A stretch of 29,792 nt of DNA. It comes from a virus. Taxonomy: Duplodnaviria; Caudoviricetes. Positions 25,081-29,792 of this stretch are shown piece after piece. The position numbers were made by a program, and so were the translations under genes. Under the pieces are notes generated by a model, which saw only the letters and a program-made list of their open reading frames with translations, did no database searches and was not told where the DNA came from. Where the stretch lies: IMG/VR virus record IMGVR_UViG_3300033067_001996, positions 1 to 29,792 of that record, one strand, 5' to 3'. Position 1 is the first letter of the stretch. The number at the start of each line of letters is the position of its first letter.

Positions 25081-27810
25081 CTACCTTCTGGTTGTCCTAA
25101 CGTTACGGCCAATACGGTTCTCATAACCATAAACAGCCATTGCAACTCCCTTTTCAATGTCTTCCTTGGTTGAGTAAGGTGCAACGTTGAAGTTGATGAC
25201 CAATGGACCAGAAGAGCCCTGGGAACCACCAGCACCGCTGCCAGCTCCCGTAGCTCCTCCATCAGAAGGACCTGTACCACCTCCAGCTCCAGCGGTTGCA
25301 TCCTTCTTTGCTGGAATGGCAGCAGAGACTCCTCCTGCTGTCACAGCCACAGCAGCGAAGAGGGCGCCAGAAGCAGCAGCCTCTCCAGCGCCCTTGTAGT
25401 CACCGATAGCAGCCTTACCAAGAGCCACAGCGAACTGGTACAAGGACTGGACTCCTGCCTGTTGAGCGAGGGCTGCAAGGGTCGACTTTGTCATCTCTTG
25501 CAATGCTTCACCGAAAGAGGTCTTGCCTTCAATTGCTGTAGCAATTAGGTTGCCAAAGGCGCTACCGAAGTTCTGGATTGCTCCACCAGCGAGACCCTGC
25601 ATGGCATCCCCGAGGTTCTCGTAGTTGCCAGAAAGACCCTCAACTGTCTTTCCCAGGCGAGAAGTTAGCGAAGATTGCTCGCGTCCCCTTTGTTGTTCCT
25701 GCCTTTGAAGATTGATTCTTTGGCCAAGAAGGGTGTTGAGTCTTTCTTCTGCCGCAATTCTTTCCTCCTGAGTTGCTCTTTCATTTCCCGCTTCTGCCCT
25801 TGCTTGGTCAATTTGAGCATTCAGCAATCCACTCAACATAACCCTATCCCGTGCCGCATTGTTGTATTGGGCAAGGAATTGGGTTTCTGCCTGTGTTAGA
25901 GTGATGCCATCGCGTTGCCTTTGCACGATCTCATCGTACATTGTCAAACGAGCTTGATCGTTGGCAAATTCCCTATTTGAAAGGTTAATAGCTGCCAAAG
26001 CTCTCGCAGCTCTGGCATTTGCAACCAAACCAATTGCTGACTCGGCAGCAAGTCGGCGCGCAAGGAATGTTTGTTCCTGCGTTTGCATGATTTGGTTGAT
26101 CTGTTGAACCTCCTGAGTTCTTCTTTGAATTTCAGCAAGTCTTGCAGCTTCCTGGGAGGCTGTCCTTCCACGATAGGCATACAGACCATTCAGGGCGGCT
26201 TCCAGTTGACTCCTTCTCTGGGTTAGGTCAATGGCATCAACGTCAAGCCTATAAGCCTCTCCACGGGCTCTGGCTTCCTCATTGGCATAGCGGAGGGCAA
26301 GCTCAGCTTGCTCGTTCTGACGACGTGTTGCAGCTTCCTGGGATGCAGCTTGAGCTTGCTGTGCCCTTCCTTGGTTGAGGAAATTTTGAATGTCAGCAAG
26401 TTGCTTCTGCTGTTCCTCAGCAAGGACGCCACCTTGAACTGCCATCAACCTACTGAGCTCAAGTCTCTTTTGTTCGGCCATCCTCAATTGCTCGTTGAGA
26501 GACAATGATCTAACAGAATGACCATTACCCATTACTTGAGCCAATGCCTGCTGAACCAGACGCTCTCTTTGGGCGTCAGCAAGCTGGACAGAGAAAGTTT
26601 GAAGTTGGTTCCTTCTTTGTTGTTCCGCAGCCAAACGACCATAGAGTCCCGTCATCCTGGAAACTCTTTCATTTTCCTGCTCTGTGGTTCTCGTCCTTAC
26701 TTCGCCAAGAGCAATGAGTTCAGCCTGGATGTTTGCGGTTTCATTGTAAGAAACGGCAATCTGTTGTTGAGTTGATAGTCCATTTCTGGCCGTTTCAACA
26801 GATTGCTGGGCCAAGATCAGACCACGCTGGGCGTTCTGCTGGCCTGCTCCAGCCAATTGATCGGCTGCTGCTTGAGTCAACGTTCTTTCTCTTTGCACTG
26901 CTGCTGCACGCTCGGCTCTTGCATCTGCTGCTGCTGTTCGTGCGTCAATCTGAGCTTGAGTTGAAGTTAGATTGGTAAAGAACTCATCAGTTGCAGCACC
27001 AGCATTGGAAGCTCCTCTGGAAATCTTATCCCAAGCCTCAGACATGCGTTCTCCCCAGGTTTGTGCTCCAGCGGCCTGCGCTGCGCGATCCCTGGTGATT
27101 TGCTGCATGACTTGACGAATACGCTCTTCTCTTGTAGCGTTTTCGTCGACTTGGTACCCAAGTCGACGGGCAGCATCCACAGATCCAGCAATAGCCTCAG
27201 TGTAATCCTGTTGTGATTGAGCCGAATTACCAGTCTCTTGGCCAAGATTTCTTGCCACTACTGTGACATTTGAAAGTTGCTGTGCTGTCAAGTTAACGCC
27301 AGCATTCAGCGCTGCCGTTCTAAGTGTCAAAATCTGTTGTGCGTCAACTACGCCATGCAATGTTTGGGCGTATTCGTCCAGGTTGATGTTAACTTGTTTT
27401 TGAACACGAGCTTGCTCTTGTCCTGCATCAATGAATTTGTAGATTCCAACACCAACAGCAGCTCCAGCGGCAGCAACGCCAGCCAATGCTCCAATAGCTG
27501 TTGCTCCCTCCATTCCAATCTTGGAAAGACCTCCAGCAAAGGCCGTGGAAACGTCCCCGCCACCCTTCATGATGTTGCCGAACTCAGTAACACCCTCCTT
27601 GAGCTGTCCAAGGCCACGAGAGAAACCACCATTTGCCATTGCCATGGCTTTCTCCTGGAGTTCCTTGAATGGACCTTCCAGTTGCTTCACGTCTGGCTTG
27701 TCAAAGCTGATCTTGACCTTGTTCTTCTCTGTGATCTCCGTGGTCTTCTTTTCCAGTTGCTTTGTGTCTGGGTTGAAGACGATGTCAACCATTACTTTCT
27801 CTGTTGGCAT
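25081..27810 (-). CDS. Tail tape measure protein
   Basis: 909 aa; Ala/Gln-rich helical, hydrophobic Gly/Ala segments, C-terminal LVINFNV. Confidence 0.85.
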   Translation of the reverse strand: MPTEKVMVDIVFNPDTKQLEKKTTEITEKNKVKISFDKPDVKQLEGPFKELQEKAMAMANGGFSRGLGQLKEGVTEFGNIMKGGGDVSTAFAGGLSKIGMEGATAIGALAGVAAAGAAVGVGIYKFIDAGQEQARVQKQVNINLDEYAQTLHGVVDAQQILTLRTAALNAGVNLTAQQLSNVTVVARNLGQETGNSAQSQQDYTEAIAGSVDAARRLGYQVDENATREERIRQVMQQITRDRAAQAAGAQTWGERMSEAWDKISRGASNAGAATDEFFTNLTSTQAQIDARTAAADARAERAAAVQRERTLTQAAADQLAGAGQQNAQRGLILAQQSVETARNGLSTQQQIAVSYNETANIQAELIALGEVRTRTTEQENERVSRMTGLYGRLAAEQQRRNQLQTFSVQLADAQRERLVQQALAQVMGNGHSVRSLSLNEQLRMAEQKRLELSRLMAVQGGVLAEEQQKQLADIQNFLNQGRAQQAQAASQEAATRRQNEQAELALRYANEEARARGEAYRLDVDAIDLTQRRSQLEAALNGLYAYRGRTASQEAARLAEIQRRTQEVQQINQIMQTQEQTFLARRLAAESAIGLVANARAARALAAINLSNREFANDQARLTMYDEIVQRQRDGITLTQAETQFLAQYNNAARDRVMLSGLLNAQIDQARAEAGNERATQEERIAAEERLNTLLGQRINLQRQEQQRGREQSSLTSRLGKTVEGLSGNYENLGDAMQGLAGGAIQNFGSAFGNLIATAIEGKTSFGEALQEMTKSTLAALAQQAGVQSLYQFAVALGKAAIGDYKGAGEAAASGALFAAVAVTAGGVSAAIPAKKDATAGAGGGTGPSDGGATGAGSGAGGSQGSSGPLVINFNVAPYSTKEDIEKGVAMAVYGYENRIGRNVRTTRR

Positions 27811-27908
27811 GAACGCACCTATTTTCAGGTAACTAGGTACAAAAAGAACCTGGGAGAAGGTCGGTTGACCATAGCCAAACGTTCTTTCGTGGTTACACTG
27901 GTGTTGGC

Positions 27909-28130
27909 ATGAATAAGCAAGAGCGAATCAGGGAGCTTTATTTGGGTTCCAACTCAGGCGACGAGCAATATGACTTCATTGAGGATATTGCTCATCTATT
28001 TGACAAGAACGGTGTCTTCTTGGGTCCTTCTCAAGAGAAAACACTACTTACCTCAGAGAGGTATTCTGATAATGGACAACATGGACAAAAGCACCTTTGG
28101 CAAACTGAAGGTGGCATCCCCAAACGATGA
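27909..28130 (+). CDS. Small hypothetical protein
   Basis: 73-aa ORF overlapping the chaperone start. Confidence 0.4.
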   Translation: MNKQERIRELYLGSNSGDEQYDFIEDIAHLFDKNGVFLGPSQEKTLLTSERYSDNGQHGQKHLWQTEGGIPKR

Positions 28131-28521
28131 AGTTCTGGATATGACAAAAGAGGAGAGGGAAGCCTATATCGTTTCCCTTGATAACGACTCCTTGAAGATC
28201 AAGAGTGGTGAGGAGCCACTTTGGTTTTACTTCAAACCAATGACCTACAAGGAAGTCGTGGCTCTCTCAGAGGACGGCACAAAAACCTTCAACCTGAAGG
28301 CTGTTGAGACCTTCAAGTCGACCTTCATTGGTGTCTCCAGGGGTAGTGGCGAGTTCAAGTCTACGGAGAAGCTCTTGGCCGAGAATCCAGACTTCTCTGG
28401 CGAAGATGCTATCCTGAACATGATGATTGATGTTGTGGGCTTTGACGGCCTCGTCTCGCTCGGTATGATGTCGTACAATTCCAGCTACCTTGGAAAAAAA
28501 AAGAAGCGCTCTTTGGCCTGA
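28072..28521 (+). CDS. Tail assembly chaperone (gpG-like, short form)
   Basis: 149 aa, acidic; FYFKPMTYKE; ends just after slippery GGAAAAAAAAAG. Confidence 0.7.
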   Translation: MDNMDKSTFGKLKVASPNDEVLDMTKEEREAYIVSLDNDSLKIKSGEEPLWFYFKPMTYKEVVALSEDGTKTFNLKAVETFKSTFIGVSRGSGEFKSTEKLLAENPDFSGEDAILNMMIDVVGFDGLVSLGMMSYNSSYLGKKKKRSLA

Positions 28522-29069
28522 CAGGCTGGCTTGGAACGGAGTTTCTTGATAACGCCCTCGCAGAAGAGGGTTGTGGGTGCAAGAAGATCCTGGAAGCCAG
28601 AAGGAAAGCCGACCCTGATTCGGCTAAGATTTACCAAGAGGTTGGAACCACTCAAGCGAAGAAGTGGAACTGTCCGCTTGTTTGCGGGGGTAAGCCAGAC
28701 TCGTCTAAGCTGACTGAGGGACAGATTGAGGCGTATAGGGCCGTCAAAAGGCTAACCAGTTTGCCGATCATTCAGGAAGGCGAGGATGGCAATGCTGATG
28801 TTGTCTTTGAGACATGCCCTTACTACTACTTTGACCCCAAGACACAGTCTGGAGTTGATGCCAAGAGGATTCACTCGGCCATGGATTGGAAGAAGAAGGG
28901 ACAGTTCACGGTAGTTGAGGAACCGCTCCATAAGGTCATACAGGCCATTGAAGTTATGGAGTTGGGCTTTAGTGCAGCCGAGGCTAGGATGGCAGAAAAG
29001 AGGCGGCAGGAGGTTGAGGACAACATGAAGAAGTTCTCTGGCCCTGGAGCACACGAGAGAGTGGAATGA
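28500..29069 (+). CDS. Tail assembly chaperone -1 frameshift extension (gpGT-like)
   Basis: The -1 frame is open from the A9 run (KEALFGLTGW...) to TGA at 29069. Confidence 0.7.
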   Translation, partial: KEALFGLTGWLGTEFLDNALAEEGCGCKKILEARRKADPDSAKIYQEVGTTQAKKWNCPLVCGGKPDSSKLTEGQIEAYRAVKRLTSLPIIQEGEDGNADVVFETCPYYYFDPKTQSGVDAKRIHSAMDWKKKGQFTVVEEPLHKVIQAIEVMELGFSAAEARMAEKRRQEVEDNMKKFSGPGAHERVE

Positions 29070-29084
29070 GGAAGCAGGAGTTCT

Positions 29085-29329
29085 TAGGCTTGACCTGCTT
29101 GTGCAGGCGAAGCCAAGCAAGCATATACGCCTCAGTAAAGCCCGAGGTTCCAGGAACGTGCAATCACCCTACCTACCTCTTGAAACTCAACTGGTGAGGC
29201 GTATAGGAGCTCGGCGATGAGCCAAAAGAAAAAGGCCCGAGAGGTTTATGTCCCTCGGGCCTTCTTGTTTGTTGTGGTTGACTTCTTCTATGCTCGCTTG
29301 GCTTCGCCTGCGCAAGCAGGTCAAGCCTA
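29085..29329. repeat. 41-bp inverted repeat pair enclosing a structured spacer
   Basis: 29085-29125 and 29289-29329 are reverse complements at 39/41 positions. Confidence 0.9.
29225..29270. terminator. Bidirectional intrinsic terminator
   Basis: A-run, AAGGCCCGAG...CTCGGGCCTT, T-rich run; between convergent genes. Confidence 0.75.
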
Positions 29330-29342
29330 CTTCTCTTCCGTC

Positions 29343-29750
29343 TCAATACGAGAATGTTGTATCAACGACCTTTAGATTCACGAACCTCAGTGGGGAGCCC
29401 GTCTTTGGTTCGCAATACTTCTCAAAGTAGTCCCAGGATGCCGAGCTTATGAACTTCCCTTCCTTATGGAACTCAACGTACTGCTCGTCCCTGTAGTTCT
29501 GGAAGACGGCACAACCCTTCTGGTTATGGAACTTGCCGTCCTTACAGAAGGCATAGGCGTAGTAACGGTAAGTGGTCTTGATCTTCAGGGAGCCGTATAG
29601 CTCAATGAGACCTGTGAAGGTTGGGTTGTTGGCAAGGAACTGGTAAAGTTCGCCCACCATGTTGTTGGCATCCTTCGCCTCAAGCTCAACTCGGTTGAAG
29701 TCCGTAGGTAGCCCTGGAAAGGTTCTGGTTGTTTCTTCCATCACTTCCAC
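29343..29750 (-). CDS. Hypothetical protein
   Basis: 135-aa ORF. Confidence 0.55.
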   Translation of the reverse strand: MEVMEETTRTFPGLPTDFNRVELEAKDANNMVGELYQFLANNPTFTGLIELYGSLKIKTTYRYYAYAFCKDGKFHNQKGCAVFQNYRDEQYVEFHKEGKFISSASWDYFEKYCEPKTGSPLRFVNLKVVDTTFSY

Positions 29751-29792
29751 ACTGCTTTCAGGTTGGTCATGCGGAGAGCCTTTGGTTGCGGA

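Noticed and set aside
28727-29207. 13-bp direct repeat TGAGGCGTATAGG (28727 and 29195) as a DGR template or antisense target
   Set aside because: Too short, no adenine-specific variation and no reverse transcriptase; a few 13-mer matches are expected by chance in 30 kb
1-29792. Alternative genetic code, tRNA genes, integrase/att site
   Set aside because: Core genes are full-length in the standard code and use all three stop codons; no tRNA cloverleaf or recombinase was recognised

Overview
The window is part of a tailed dsDNA phage or prophage, probably with a long non-contractile tail (tube and tape measure present, no sheath gene seen). It carries most virion genes on the minus strand: small and large terminase, portal, scaffold, major capsid, adaptor/neck, tail terminator, tail tube, tape measure and tail-tip proteins. 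It also has a Prim-Pol/PriCT-type primase without a helicase domain, a free-standing GIY-YIG endonuclease and several small ribbon-helix-helix-like proteins. Gene order is non-canonical, and the -1 frameshifting tail chaperone is divergent from the tape measure gene. The most notable signals are non-coding. (1) A dispersed 22-bp element, GATAGTAGTATAG[A/C]GGAGACAC, always preceded by a purine-only tract, occurs six times: twice in-frame inside the primase gene and four times intergenically in the opposite orientation, with a covarying hairpin extension. (2) A promoter-to-terminator, four-hairpin candidate ncRNA lies divergent from the primase. (3) A CCCATAT[A/C]T-type motif precedes about eight late genes. 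(4) A structured 245-bp element bounded by 41-bp inverted repeats lies near the right end. All protein calls come from motif recognition and synteny only; no searches were run.
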